NCBI GenBank assembly: GCA_000004695.1 | Contig: CM000153.2 | Location: forward strand, 1,824,001-1,888,000 | Origin: Dictyostelium discoideum | Taxonomy: Eukaryota | DNA length: 64,000 nucleotides | Direction: 5' to 3' | In this document: in pieces, positions 11,573 through 26,486 of the stretch | Layout of the letters: each line of letters opens with the position of its first letter | Position numbering within the stretch: position 1 is the stretch's first letter | The notes under the pieces: model-generated | Databases searched by the model: none | Seen by the model: the letters and a program-made list of their open reading frames with translations, nothing else | What the model was told of the DNA's origin: nothing | Translations under genes and position numbers: made by a program

Positions 11573-12471
11573 TTACTGATTCCAATGAACAAAGTGTTTT
11601 TTTTTTTTTTTTTTTTTTTATTTTAAAAAAAAAGAAAAATAATAATAATAATAATAAAATAACATACGATTTTGTTTTTTCTTTACAGATACAGGTTGTT
11701 GTTGAGTGTTTGGTTGTTGAGTTCTTCTTCTTGTTCTTGTTGTTATTCTTGATTCATTGTCGACCATTCTCATTGATTCTTTTTCTTCTGAAATTCTCTT
11801 TTGTCTCTCTGATAGGGTAGTAACCATTTTCTCTCTGAGATGAGTTGCCTCTTCTTGATGTTCATCTTCGTATTGTTGTCTTTCGGCTTCATACATATTC
11901 ATAATACTTTGAATTTGATAATTTTTCCAATTCTCTGCGATCATTAATTTTTTATCTTTTTTATTCTCTAATTCTCTTATTCTTTCTTGAAAACTAATAT
12001 GTTCACCTATTTTTTGAAAAAAAGAAATAATAAGTATATAAAATAAAACTACTAAAATCTATATTATATAATATATTTACCTAATTTTATCTCGTCAATT
12101 TCTTTTTTTAATTGAGTTAATTTATCATTAAAGAATTTTTCTTTTAAATCGGTAAACTCTTTTTCTAATTTTTCCATATTTCCCAAACACTCTAAACGTT
12201 TCTTTGTTTCTAAATCAGCTTCTTTGTTTGCACTATAACTACTCTTTGCGATTGAAACCTCTTGATTCCTATCTTTTGCGAAAACAGATTCATACTCTTC
12301 TTCCATATCATCGTCATCATCGGTTACACTATTAGTTACACCATTTGATCCTACATTTTTCGGTGATGTTACCACTATATTATCTGACATTGTCTGTCTC
12401 TTTTTCTCTAATTCTTCTTCAATCTTTGATTTATCAACTTCTTCATATGATTCTCCTCCATTTTGTTTTTC

Positions 12472-12504
<33 letters not shown>

Positions 12505-12773
12505 GTTGGTAGTTGTATTCGAATTATTTGGAGGCGTTGAAGGAGATGGAGCTGTTTTTTCTTTATTCTTTAAATCTATATTACTATTTGATTCTATATT
12601 AATTGGTGAATCCCTTCCTTTTTCTTGTGTACCATTTGTATTATTATTATTGTTATTATTGTTATTATTATTATTAGTATCAGTTTTTGTTGATACTGAT
12701 TCATCTATAACCATCTCCTCTTTATCATCATTTATTATATTTTCAAGTTTTTTATTTTTATCATTGTCATTAC

Positions 12774-12845
<72 letters not shown>

Positions 12846-13830
12846 TACTATTATTACTATCTACATTTTTATTTTCTTTTTCATTATTATTATTATTATC
12901 ACTACTATCTATTATTGGTGGTGATGATTCTTTACTTAATTCTTCTTTACCATTAATATTTTTTACATTTTCTTCTTGTTTCTTTTCTTTATCTACATTT
13001 TCAAAGTTTTTGTTATCTTTTTCTTCTAATTTTTCTTCAGGCTTTTCTTGAGGTTTATCTTGAGGTTTTTCTTGAGGTTTTTCTTCTGACTTTTCTTCCT
13101 TTTCTTTTTCTTTATCCATTTCCTTTTCTTTTTCCTTTTCTACCTCTTTTGTTTCATTTTCTACTTTTTTTGTTTCCTTTTCTACCTCTCCTATTTCCTT
13201 TTCGACTTGTTTTGTTTCTATTTCTTTTTCTACTTCTTTTTCTTTTTCTTTTTCCTTTTCTTTTTCTTTTTCTTTTTCTTTTTCTTTTTCTTTTTCTTTT
13301 TCTTTTTCTTTTTCTTTTTCTTTTTCTTTTTCTTTCTCTACTTCTTTTTCTTTTTCTACTTCTTTATCTTTATCTTGTTGGTCTTTCATTACCTCATCCT
13401 CTTTTTCCTTTTTATCTTGTTCTTTTTTCTCATCTTTTTTTTCTTCAACTTTTTCCTCAATTTGTTGTTTTGGTTTTTCCTCAACATTAGTTTCATCTTT
13501 TTTCTCCTCTACTTTTTTTTCTGTTTCTTTCTTTTCTTCTTTAGATTCACCTTTTTCATCGGTTTTTTCTTTTTCATCTTTACCATTAACAGAGGTGTTG
13601 TTATCGTTTGTTTGATTTTCTTGTTTACTATCATCTTTTTTTACATCTGTTGTTGCTGTATCATCACTCCCACTACTCTCTTTTTTATTTTCTAAATCTG
13701 CAGTTGTTGAATCAGATGCTGTGGCATCTTTTTTTGGTTCATCAACTTCCATTTTTTGTTCTTTTTCGCCATTTAATATCTCTTTACTACTATCTTTTAA
13801 TTCTTTTGATTTCTCTTCATCTGATTTCAT
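11573..13830 (-). CDS. Sds3/BRMS1-like (Sin3-HDAC corepressor subunit family) protein with a very long N-terminal Lys/Glu (KEKE) and Asn-rich region
   Basis: Exon 1 is 12081..13830 (MKSDEEKSKELK…(KE)n…poly-N…KKRLECLGNMEKLEKEFTDLKEKFFNDKLTQLKKEIDEIKL, phase 1), with donor G|GTAAAT at 12080. A 74-nt intron precedes exon 2 at 11687..12006 (G-EHISFQERIRELENKKDKKLMIAENWKNYQIQSIMNMYEAERQQYEDEHQEEATHLREKMVTTLSERQKRISEEKESMRMVDNESRITTRTRRRTQQPNTQQQPVS). This matches the Sds3-like coiled-coil domain pattern (RLECL…LEKxF…KLxxLKxExxEhxxGxHxEF…). A canonical GTAAAG donor at 11686 suggests a final stop-only exon (acceptor AATCAG|TAA at 11573-11575); this last exon is tentative. Confidence 0.6.
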
Positions 13831-14118
13831 TTTTTTTTTTTTTTTTTTTTTTTTATTTTCTGTTTATTTTTTTTTTTTTTTTTTTTTTGACAATAAATTA
13901 TTTTTATATTTTTTTATAATATTTATTAATAATTATTTAATTATTGTTATTATTATTATTATTATTATTTATAAAAAAAGAATGAATAGATTGCGATGAA
14001 CTTCATTCGCATGTGTTTTATGAAAAAATATATTAAATGAAAAAAAAATTAAAAAATTAAAAAAATTAAAAAAAAAAATTAAAAAAATAAAAAAAAAAAA
14101 TAAAAATAAAAATAAAAA

Positions 14119-14156
<38 letters not shown>

Positions 14157-15036
14157 GAAATACAAAGATAGTTAAAAAAACATCTAACTGTTATTTAATT
14201 ATTTTTCCTTATTTCTTTTATATTTTTGATGTAATTTTTTTTTTTTTTCTTAATACATTTATTTTATTTATTGTTTTTTTCATCCCATTTCATTTCTTTT
14301 TTTTTTTTTTTTTTTTTTTTTAATTTTTTTTTGAAATTAACGGTATTGAAAATACACAAAAATAGTTTTAAAGAAAACTAATTAAAGCAATTAAATATCT
14401 TACATTAAATCTTTAAACTATTATTGTTGTTACTATGTACTATTTCTATTATTATTATTATTATTATTTATTATTTATTATTAAAATGTTGGTTGTGTTT
14501 TTGTGATGTTATTTTATTGGTGGGTGTTGCGTTTTTGTTATTATTTTTATTCTTTATTACTATTACTTATATAATATATTTTTAAATCAGTTCTGTAGTA
14601 TTGTTAATTTTGTTTAAAAATATCTCTTTTGATTATTTGTATATCAGTTTTATTATATTTTGTTTTTTTTTACTTTCATATAATCTTTTTTTAATTGTTT
14701 TTAGTTTCTCTACCTAAATCATCACTCATCACTAATATCTGATCTTCTTTTTTAAAAAAAATATATTGTTACTCTATTTTATTTGATTCTTTTTTTTTAA
14801 AAAATTAAATAAATATTGCTTTGGTTGTTGATGTTTGGTGAATATTTTTTTTTTTTTAAATTTTATTTTTTTAATTTTTTATTTTTTTATTTTCATTTTT
14901 TTTTTTTTTTAAAATTTTTTTTTTTTTATTTTTTTTTTTTTTTTTCTTTTTTCATATTTTTTTTTTTTTTTTTTAAATACCCAAAAAAAAAAAAAAAAAA
15001 ATCTTAAATATAAATGGAAATAACAAAAAATAAAAT

Positions 15037-15499
15037 TTAAAATTCATCATCAATTGAATTATTTTTATTACTTTTTTGGGAATTTGTATGTGAAGAAATT
15101 TGTTTTGGAACAGTAAAGAAGCCACCTTGGACATTATTTGAATGATCTAAAATATGTTCATGGTCTTGATTTACTGTTGTTTGTTCAAAGTGTAATGTTA
15201 ATTGTGTATCCTCTAAAATTGAATGAAGTGGTCTAACATTCTCTGTATTTACTGATTGAATTGATTCAACAGAATTTAAAAATCCACCTAAATCATCACA
15301 ATATTGTTCAACTTTATCTTCAGGTATGGACAACATTGCCAAATTTGATAGTTTTTTTAATCTATCTTTACTAATTACTGATGATTCATCATTATCCTTA
15401 TTTTTTAATAATAATTCCTTAACTGACCAACTGTCATCCCATCTCTAATTCCAAGTAAGAAAATAAAAAAAATAAAAAAAATAATAAAATTAAATTCAA

Positions 15500-15535
<36 letters not shown>

Positions 15536-15767
15536 AGAAAAAAAAAAAAATGATTAAAATAAAATTCAAAATCAATATATTAATAAAATTATTATAATAA
15601 TAATATTACTATTATTATTAAATACAAATAAAAAAAATAAAATAAAAAATTTTAAAAAAAATAATTACAATGTTTGATGAAAAATATCTTGAATTTTGGA
15701 AAATATTATTAATATTTATTTTATTTTTTCGTACAAAATTGGTTGACAATAAATATCTTGAGCACAT
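15037..15767 (-). CDS. Small (~169 aa) hydrophilic protein with an N-terminal basic/hydroxylated presequence (putative mitochondrial targeting); two exons
   Basis: Exon 1 is 15669..15767 (ATG in aaatcATG context; MCSRYLLSTNFVRKNKININNIFQNSRYFSSNI, phase 0), with donor GTAATT at 15668. A 223-nt (ATTT)n-rich intron ends TTAG at 15445. Exon 2 is 15037..15444 (RWDDSWSVKELLLKNKDNDESSVISKDRLKKLSNLAMLSIPEDKVEQYCDDLGGFLNS…IDDEF*). The frame upstream of the ORF-track Met (15342) stays open exactly to the acceptor AG. Local GC content is clearly above the intergenic background. Confidence 0.35.
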
Positions 15768-15888
15768 GATTTATTTTTTTTTTTTTTTATTTTATTTTTA
15801 TTTTTTTTTAATTTTTTTTTTTTCATTGACACAGAAAAGTGAAAAAAAGTGGAAAAAAAACAAAATAATCAAAAAAAAAAAAAATGAT

Positions 15889-15925
<37 letters not shown>

Positions 15926-16027
15926 ATAAAATTAAATAAAAAAAATAAAAAAAATAAAAAATTTCGTACAATCTAACGAGTTATTGTTATCATTTAATTT
16001 AAGTTAATAATATCCTTTATTTCAATT

Positions 16028-16069
<42 letters not shown>

Positions 16070-16170
16070 CAATTTGAAGGTGTTATTATTTCTATTGTTT
16101 CTATAATTTTGGTTTAAAAAAAAAAAAAACAAAAAAAAATATAAATATAAATTATTTTTTAATTTTTATA

Positions 16171-16203
<33 letters not shown>

Positions 16204-17130
16204 CCGGTTATTTTCAAAAGGGGGTTTGATTTGAATTAAATTATAATAACCCGTTTAATTTTTTTTTTTTTTTTTTTTTTTCTTTTTATTTTTTTTTTTT
16301 TTTTTCAAAAAATCTATATCCAAAGACAAAATTGTGGTTTTAAAAACAGTAACATAGGATTTTTTAATTTTATTTTTTTTTTTTTTTTTTAATTTTTTTT
16401 TTAGCAATTAATAAAAAAAAAAATTTTAAAAAAATACGAAATTGAGGCGCTTGCACCATATAATCCAAAAAAAAAATTAAAAAAAAAACAAAATAAAATT
16501 AAAAAAAATAAATTAAATTAAAAACGTATTTTAAAAAAAAAAAAAGCTATAATGATATCTGGTTTTTTATGCCATTTTTCGTTTTTTTTAAATTAAATTT
16601 TTTTCTTTTTTTTTTATTTTTTTTTTTTTAATTTTTGATTAATTATATTAAAAAAAAAAAAAAAAAAAAAAAATTATATTTAAAATTTCATTTGTCACAT
16701 TAGCAAAAATTTATTAATATATCTAGTCGAATAAAAAAAAAAAAAAATATATATATATAAATATATATATAAATATTTTTTTTTCCATATTAATATTTAT
16801 TTCTAAACAATTCTATTTTTTTTAAAAAAAAAAAAAATCAATCTTTAAATTAAATACCTATTATTTTTAATATAAAAAAATTCGCCTAATTTAAAAAAAA
16901 AAAATTAATTTAAAAATTATAGAAAAAAAAAAAATATAAAAAATTATTATTTTTTTTAATCAATACCAAATTAAAATTATTACAATAAAAAATAGCCTTT
17001 TTTTCTTTTTATAATAATTAATTAATAATTAATAATTAAAAAAAAAAAAAAAAAAAAAAAATAATATTTTCCCAATAAAATAAAATTAATAAATTAAAAA
17101 CCGAAATTTTTAATATTAAAAAAAAAAAAT

Positions 17131-17161
<31 letters not shown>

Positions 17162-17188
17162 TAAATAAAAAAAATAAATAAATAAAAA

Positions 17189-18791
17189 ATGCAAGAAATA
17201 ATAACAAATAATATACCAACATTTAAATTACAAAATGATGTTGATATGGTTGAAGAAACTCAACCAACCACACCAACTACCCAACCAACCACACCAACCA
17301 CAAATACTATTTCCACTACCACTAATACTATCACATCAACATTAAATACAAATAATATTTCACCAATTTTGGAAGAAAGTGAAGAAGAGGATTCAAATGA
17401 ATTAATAATTGAAACTGATGAAAATAATACATCTGTTTCTGCTACTGGTACCACTCCAACATCATCATCATCATCATCATCATCATCACCAACAAACACA
17501 ACTACCACCACCACCACAACAACAACAGCCACAACTGCCAATAATGATTTTAAAAATATAACCAGTAATAATATTAATAAAACAAATTCAAATGTAAATA
17601 CAAATTCTGAAATTAAAAATATTGACAACTCAATTATGAATAGTTTGAATAGATATAATAATATTACAACCGCTTCACCAAGTAATAGTACAATGATTAC
17701 AATGAAATCAGCAATTTCCTCATTGGACGAAATTGTAAAAAATACAATGAAAGCTCAAAGAGAAAGTTTTATTGCCAATGAAGATAAAGAGTCACTTCCA
17801 GAACCTCAAACAAATTCCAATGTTAATGGAAACGAAGAAGCAAAAGACGAAAAGTATGTATTTTTTTTTTTTTATTATTACTTCAATATCTTTTTTTTTT
17901 TTTTTTTTTTTTTTTCCAACCCCAAACCGTAACTTTTTTTCGTTTTTTTAATATGTGGAAAAAAAAAAAAAAAAAAAAAAAAATTCCAACCCAAAATTAA
18001 TTTTTAATTTTTCTAATCATTTTTTTGAAATTTTTTCAATTTTTTTTTTTTTTTCCAAAAAAAAGGGAAATTCATTTATTAGCTAAAATCTTATTAAATT
18101 TTTCATCCAATGGAATTGCTGTACCAAATTTATCAGAAAGTTCACCAGCAGTATTGAATACTAAATTAAAGGATAGCTCAAACTTGGTTCCATACGGTGG
18201 AGATTTAAATACCAGTGTAAATGGAGTTGTTGGTAATTCCAGTGGTATGGTCGACCTTAGTGCTAGTACTGGCGATTTATTAGGTTCGTTAAATGCTGCC
18301 AATAAAAAGAAAAGACAAAGAACTAGTCCAGAACAATTGGCCATTTTAGAACAAATTTTTGAAACTGATAAAATGCCAAGCCAACAAATTAGAGTAAGAT
18401 TAGCCAATCAATTGGGTATGTCATCTAGAAGAGTTCAAATTTGGTTCCAAAATAAACGTGCTAAAGTAAAGAGAGGTGGTCCATTTGGAAAAGGTGATGA
18501 CAATGATGATTTATTCGCTGAGGGTGAAGATATAATTGATGAAGATGAAGATGAAGATTCATCTTTAACAATTGATGAAAGTGGTAATAATAATAACAAT
18601 AGTGGCAACAACAACAACAACAATAATAATGGAATCATGGGAGGCCATGGTATGTTATCATCATCTCCAACCAATTTAAACACATCATCTGATAATATTG
18701 TACCATCAATTTCACCAATGTTAACTTCAATTAATATAAATTCATCATCATCAACACCAACTTTACAATCTGTAAATTTATTAAATAATAC

Positions 18792-18861
<70 letters not shown>

Positions 18862-19317
18862 CATACTACTACCACAACTACAACTACTACTACAACTACA
18901 ACTTCATCATCACCACCATTAACTTCATTTAATTTCCAATTAAATCAATCATTAAATAAATTAACATCACCACCATCACCACCATCAATAGTACCATCAC
19001 CAAATAAAAAAACCAAACAAATGGGTGGCTTCAGTTTAAATTCAACTGCTTCTTCTTTACCATCATTCCCACAAATTAAATTAAATTCAAGTTCAAAACA
19101 TATTCCAACTGATAAACAAAATAATTCAGATTTTTCAAATTTTAATAATAATAATAATAATAACAATAATAATAACAATAATAATAATAACAATAATAAT
19201 ATTAATAATAATGGTAATAATAATAGTAATAATAACGATAGTAATAATAATAATAACAAATCCAATTTTTCCGATTATCAACCTTTAAAATTTCATAATA
19301 GTATTGTAAAAAATTAA
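17189..19317 (+). CDS. Homeobox (homeodomain) transcription factor, two exons, with long poly-Asn and poly-Thr tracts
   Basis: Exon 1 is 17189..17853 (MQEIITNNIPTFKLQ…EEAKDEK, phase 2), with donor GTATGT at 17854. A 212-nt intron ends at the acceptor AG at 18064-18065. Exon 2 is 18066..19317. A 60-aa homeodomain is present: KKKRQRTSPEQLAILEQIFETDKMPSQQIRVRLANQLGMSSRRVQIWFQNKRAKVKR (WFQNKRAK helix-3 signature). (AAT)n tracts at 18791-18870 and 19141-19260 encode poly-N. Confidence 0.75.
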
Positions 19318-20040
19318 AAAAAAAAAATATTGTAATTTTATAAATATATATTTTTTTTTTTTAAAAAATTAATATTGTAATGATTTTTTAAAAAGTAGTA
19401 ATAGTAGTAATAGATATATAGCTGTAATAGTCAATGCGTGACTAAGAGAATCCTCCACCACAAATTTTTTCAAATATTTTTTTCAACTCCCGCCTTTATT
19501 TTCCTCAACATTTTCCTTATGATTCCATTTCAAATTTTTACATTTTTACCATCAACAACCAAAAAAAAAACAAAAACACCAAACACTCAAAAACCAAAAA
19601 ATCAAAAAAAAAAAAAATTTATATATAATAATATAAAAAAAGTGTAATGATAAATTATTGTAAAATTTTTTTTTATATGGAACATTCACCAAATTTCTCA
19701 TTTTTTTCTAAACATTTCTCTTCATATCTCTTTTATAAATCTCAATAAAAAGAATTATTTAATATTTTATTTTTAAAAATTTTTTTCATTTTTTTTTTAT
19801 TTTTTTTATTTTTTTATTTTTTTATTTTTATTTTATCTTTATAAATCTCAAAGGTCATTTTTAAAATAAAGGCAGGTTTTTTTTTTTTTTTTTTGAAACT
19901 AGCCAACTTAAAAAAAATATATTTTCCATACAGTTTTTTTTTTTTTTATTTTGGATATTATTGGTCAAAAAGAGTATGATTGATTTTTTTTTAATATTTT
20001 TAAATCGTTAGTGAAACTATGTAGATATTTAAAATTTTTT

Positions 20041-20110
20041 TTATATTTTTTTTATATTTTTTTTATATTTTTTTTATATTTTTTTTATATTTTTTTATAT
20101 TTTTTTTATA
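20041..20110. repeat. Tandem repeat of ~12-bp unit (ttttatattttt/ttttttatattt) x6 in the promoter region of the GH9 gene
   Basis: Seen directly in the sequence upstream of the ATG at 20275. Confidence 0.5.
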
Positions 20111-20274
20111 ATAAATAGGAATTATTTTTTTTATTTTTTTTTTTTAAAAAAAAAACATTTATTTTAAAGATTAAAGTAATATATAATATATTTAATATAT
20201 TAATATTTATACTTTTATAAATATATTAACTTTTTTATATTATTGTTTAATTTTTTATTTTTTTATTTTACAGA

Positions 20275-21881
<1,607 letters not shown>

Positions 21882-21965
21882 ATTCTTATGTTTTAATATT
21901 GTCAAATTATCATTATTCGACTCTCAAAAAATAAACTATATATTATTTATTATAATTTTGTTTAA

Positions 21966-22094
<129 letters not shown>

Positions 22095-22273
22095 CAATAA
22101 TATTATTATTTTTTCTTTTAAAGTTTTTAATTTTAATTTTAATTTTAAATTAAAATTAATTAATAATATTTTATTAAAGAAATAAATAATTTTACAAAGG
22201 TTTAAATTTAAATTTTTTATTATTTTAATATTACTTATTTATTTTATTTTATTTTATTATACTATTTTATTTT

Positions 22274-22999
22274 TTAATTATCATTATTATCAAAATTATG
22301 ACGACGATGATGACTATGATGGGTTGATGGTTTATACATATAGAGAGCAACCAATAAAAAGGTTATCATGAATATAATCAATAGAATAGTTTGATTTTCT
22401 AAAAAAAAAAAAAAAAAAAAGGAATATAGGTTAATAAATAATTTAATTTTTTTTTTAAAAATAAAATAAAATTAAAAATTAAAAAAACTTACTTGATTTC
22501 TTTTTTAAATTTTTTAATTTTGATTCATAGGTAATTAATTTTAATTTCATTTCATCCATTTGTTTTGAAAGTTCTTGAGTTGCACCAATTGTTTCCATTA
22601 CTAAAGCTTCATTTTTAATTACTAAAAGATTTTCAATTTCTTGGCCATTTACATTCTTATTACCAATGGTACGTACTGCATTTGGTAAAATTCTTTGAAG
22701 ATCTTGGGCGATAACACCTCTATCACAATTATCTAAATATGGATCCCTACCATTCATATGAGTCCATTGTGGATTATATTTATAGTCGTAAAGTTTCATT
22801 CTATTTACATTGTCAAGATTTGATTTTGAGTCGATCGATTTCAAATCATATTTTATTCTTAAATCTGATGGATGATAAACACCTTCAGATGCATAGATTG
22901 TACCTTGAACTGAAAGTGCATATGCTGGATTCTCTACATTAATACCAACTTTACCATTATATACAATTGATTTTTCTGTGTCACCTGAATTCCAATGAC

Positions 23000-23033
<34 letters not shown>

Positions 23034-23242
23034 TTGATTATTATGTTGATTATTAATATTATGATGATTATTATTATTATTATGTTGATTATTATTGTTA
23101 TGTTGATTATTATTATTATTATTTATATTATTATTAAAACAATTTATTCTACCATTTAATAAACTACTACTTGTTAACATATTACTATTATTATTATTTA
23201 TATTACCTAAACTATTATTATTACTATTATTATTATTATTTA

Positions 23243-23320
<78 letters not shown>

Positions 23321-24115
23321 GATTTTGAGTTAAACGTAAAATATTTGTTTGACCTTGACTAGTTAATTGTGATAAAGGACGTGGTGAAGTTGGTGAATGA
23401 CCAGGTGATACTATATTCATTGTTGAAAAATCTATATTTGATATAGTTGGACCAAAACAATTCATATTATTACTACCACCACCATTGTTACTACTTGTAC
23501 CAGCATAATCAGGGGTATGAACAGGTGATAGATCACCAGGTGGTGTTACTTGAGTTGCTGTACGAACAATGAGAGCAGGTGAAACGTAACTTACGATACA
23601 ATATTCTTGACCCATACAACGACCATACAATGATACAACCAATTGATTGAATTCTTGATGTGGATTTGGTTGACCATGTCTTCTGGCATTGTTAAGTGTT
23701 GCCTTTCTAAAATGTAATCTTTGTATACTAACCAATGAACCGAATTGAATTGCCACTGGTTTTGGTGCATGTTCACCTTGTTTCTCACGTTTTGAATTGG
23801 TTTGGAATAATTCCACCTCACTCTCTTGTTGTGACATATCAGCACGATTCTTTATACCTTTAATGGTAAGAGTTAAACCATTGATTGGTGTTTTCACACC
23901 ACTAATTAACATATAGGATGGTGTTTGAGTTGGATCGACTGATGATGAACTATTTGACAATGTAACTCCATTATGTCCATATTGTGTCTCTTGAAAAAGT
24001 TTTGGATAAACTGCTGTAATATCCAATTGAAAATGATTTCTTCTACAATAAATCCATTGTCCACCAATATATGAAAAACCTTTTGATGCCATAATATTTA
24101 AAAGTGGTACTGGCC

Positions 24116-24175
<60 letters not shown>

Positions 24176-25159
24176 ATAAAATGAGTTAATTATATATGTA
24201 TAAAAAAATAAAAAACATTAAAAAAAGATAAATAATTAATAACTTACATTTCATCACCATTTGTATTAAAAGTAGTATACCATGGTTCAGATTTATAATC
24301 GGTCCAAGTAAAAGGTGGATTTTCATTATATTGTGTCATTGGTGAAGGTGGATCAGAATTTTCATTCTCTGATCCAATCATTAAATAGTTATCAGTTGGT
24401 AAATGTGGTGATTGAATTGGTGAATTAGTTGGTGAAAGATTTGGTGATGGATTTGGTGATATACTACGTGGTGTATAACCTGATTGAGTATTTGTAATTG
24501 AAATTTGAGGTATTATACCTGGATATAATGATGATGATGATAATTGACTTGGTGTATTATTTGCATTAATTGTTAATCCATTATTTGTAGTTGTAGTTGT
24601 AGTTGTTTGAAGATGATTATGATTATTATTATTATTATTATTATTATAATTATTGTTATTATTTATATTATTATTATTTATATTATTATTATTGTTGTTG
24701 TTGTTATTATTATTATTATTTATATTATTATTACTATTGTTATTATTTATATTATTATTACTATTGTTATTATTATTTATATTATTATTATTATTGTTAT
24801 TATTATTAACTTGACTTGAATTTAAAGAAAAAGAAGGACTATTTACAGAACTATTAAATTGAGCTATTTGTTGTTGTTGATCTTGTAATTGTTGTTGAAG
24901 CATTAAAAAACTACTATCTAAACCACCATTACTACCAACCAATGAATTTGGAGAATAAGGGATCTCTGAATATGTACCGTCTTCATTCTTAATCTTTCTC
25001 TTTTTTAAATTTGAATCATCAGCTGATAATGGTGTAAATGTTGAGAATGAATTTGATCCTTGTATATTGATTGGTAAAGATGCTGATTGTTGGAGCATTG
25101 TTCCAAATCCGCCATTACTAATACCCAATAATTGATTATTTGAACCATTCATTGGTTGC

Positions 25160-25204
<45 letters not shown>

Positions 25205-25299
25205 GGGCTATGTAAAATACCACCCGATGAACCTAGATTCATTTGGTGTTGTTGTTGTTGTTGTTGTTGTTGCTGTTGCTGTTGGTTATACCCATCCAT
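22274..25299 (-). CDS. mrfA: MrfA-like (myelin-regulatory-factor family) membrane-tethered transcription factor: Gln/Asn-rich N-terminus, NDT80/PhoG-type DNA-binding domain, peptidase S74 intramolecular-chaperone autoprocessing (ICA) domain, C-terminal transmembrane helix
   Basis: Three exons re-join three ORF-track pieces. Exon 1 is 24248..25299 (MDGYNQQQQ…, AAAAATG context; phase 2, donor GTAAGT). A 133-nt intron containing (AAT)n precedes exon 2 at 22493..24114, which begins M-PVPLLNIMASKGFSYIGGQWIYCRRNHFQLDITAVY… (NDT80-type core) and continues to …SDLRIKYDLKSIDSKSNLDNVNRMKLYDYKYNPQW…ETIGATQELSKQMDEMKLKL (S74/ICA signature); phase 1, donor A|GTAAGT. A 94-nt intron precedes exon 3 at 22274..22398 (K-NQTILLIIFMITFLLVALYMYKPSTHHSHHRRHNFDNNDN*), which carries the transmembrane helix. 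The symbol is assigned from the domain architecture only; I could not run a search to confirm it. Confidence 0.7.
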
Positions 25300-25404
25300 T
25301 TTTGTTTAGTTTGTTTGTTTGTTTGTTTGTTTTTTTTTTTTAATCTTTTACTAAAAAATTTTTAAAAAAAATTTTTTTTTCCCTTCTCCTTAAAATAATA
25401 ACGA

Positions 25405-25442
<38 letters not shown>

Positions 25443-25584
25443 CTTGAGATTTTTTTTTTTTTTTTCCAAGAGATAAATGTTAATACAAGTACTCTATATT
25501 TAGCTAAATTTTGTCTTTTAATTAATTGTTTTTGTTGTTAGTATTTAATTTTTTTTTTTTTTTGTGTTATTGGGTTTGTTGTGG

Positions 25585-25652
<68 letters not shown>

Positions 25653-25658
25653 CCCCCC

Positions 25659-25731
<73 letters not shown>

Positions 25732-25956
25732 AGTATTAAAATTACCAAATAACTGTATTATTTCAAAATTAATATTGTAAAATAGTGATTGTGTTGAAAA
25801 AAAAAAAAAAAAAGTAATAACAATTAAAAATAGGATGTATTTTTATTTTTATTTTTTATTTTTTTTTTTTTTTATTTTTTTTTTTTTTATTTTTTTTTTT
25901 TTTTATTTTTCTATTGGTGTATGTGAGTGGAATCTGGTATATCAAAGATTTTGAAA

Positions 25957-25995
<39 letters not shown>

Positions 25996-26130
25996 ATAGT
26001 TAAATTAAAAACTGAATAAAAAAAAAAAATAACATTAAAGTAAAAATAGAAACAAGAATAAGAAAAAAACTGACAAAATATTTAAAAAAAAAAATAATAA
26101 TTAAAAAAAAAAAAAATAATAAATAATAAA

Positions 26131-26165
<35 letters not shown>

Positions 26166-26444
26166 TTAAAAAAATAAAAAATTAACTGTTGGGGGGCACC
26201 ATTTTTGTTTTAAATTAAATTCTTTAAAAAAATAATTAATTACAACAACAAAATATAAATAATTATTAAGTATATTTATAAATAGCAATTACACACACCA
26301 GAACACACACCAAACTCTAACCTCTCACCAACTCAACAAATCACACTCCCACCACCCTCAAAAAATAAAAATAAAAAAAATTTATATTATTATTATTATT
26401 TTTTATTATTTTTTCCATCATTTTTTTTTTTTTTTTAAGTTTGC

Positions 26445-26486
<42 letters not shown>

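Noticed and set aside
11681-11695. Partial match (8/11) to the Dictyostelium Class I RNA motif CCTTACAGCAA
   Set aside because: It lies inside a coding exon of the Sds3-like gene, has no flanking stem, and is a chance match.
13149-13695. ORF-track ORFs made of poly-F/L (13149..13490, 13207..13695, 12503..13051, 13608..13919)
   Set aside because: They are antisense or alternate-frame translations of the (KE)n / (CTT)n repeat inside the Sds3-like gene and have no sequence complexity.
15670-15924. Plus-strand 84-aa ORF MFDEKYLEFWKIL…KKKKKK
   Set aside because: The C-terminal half is poly-Lys from an A-run. A better-supported spliced minus-strand gene model overlaps it.
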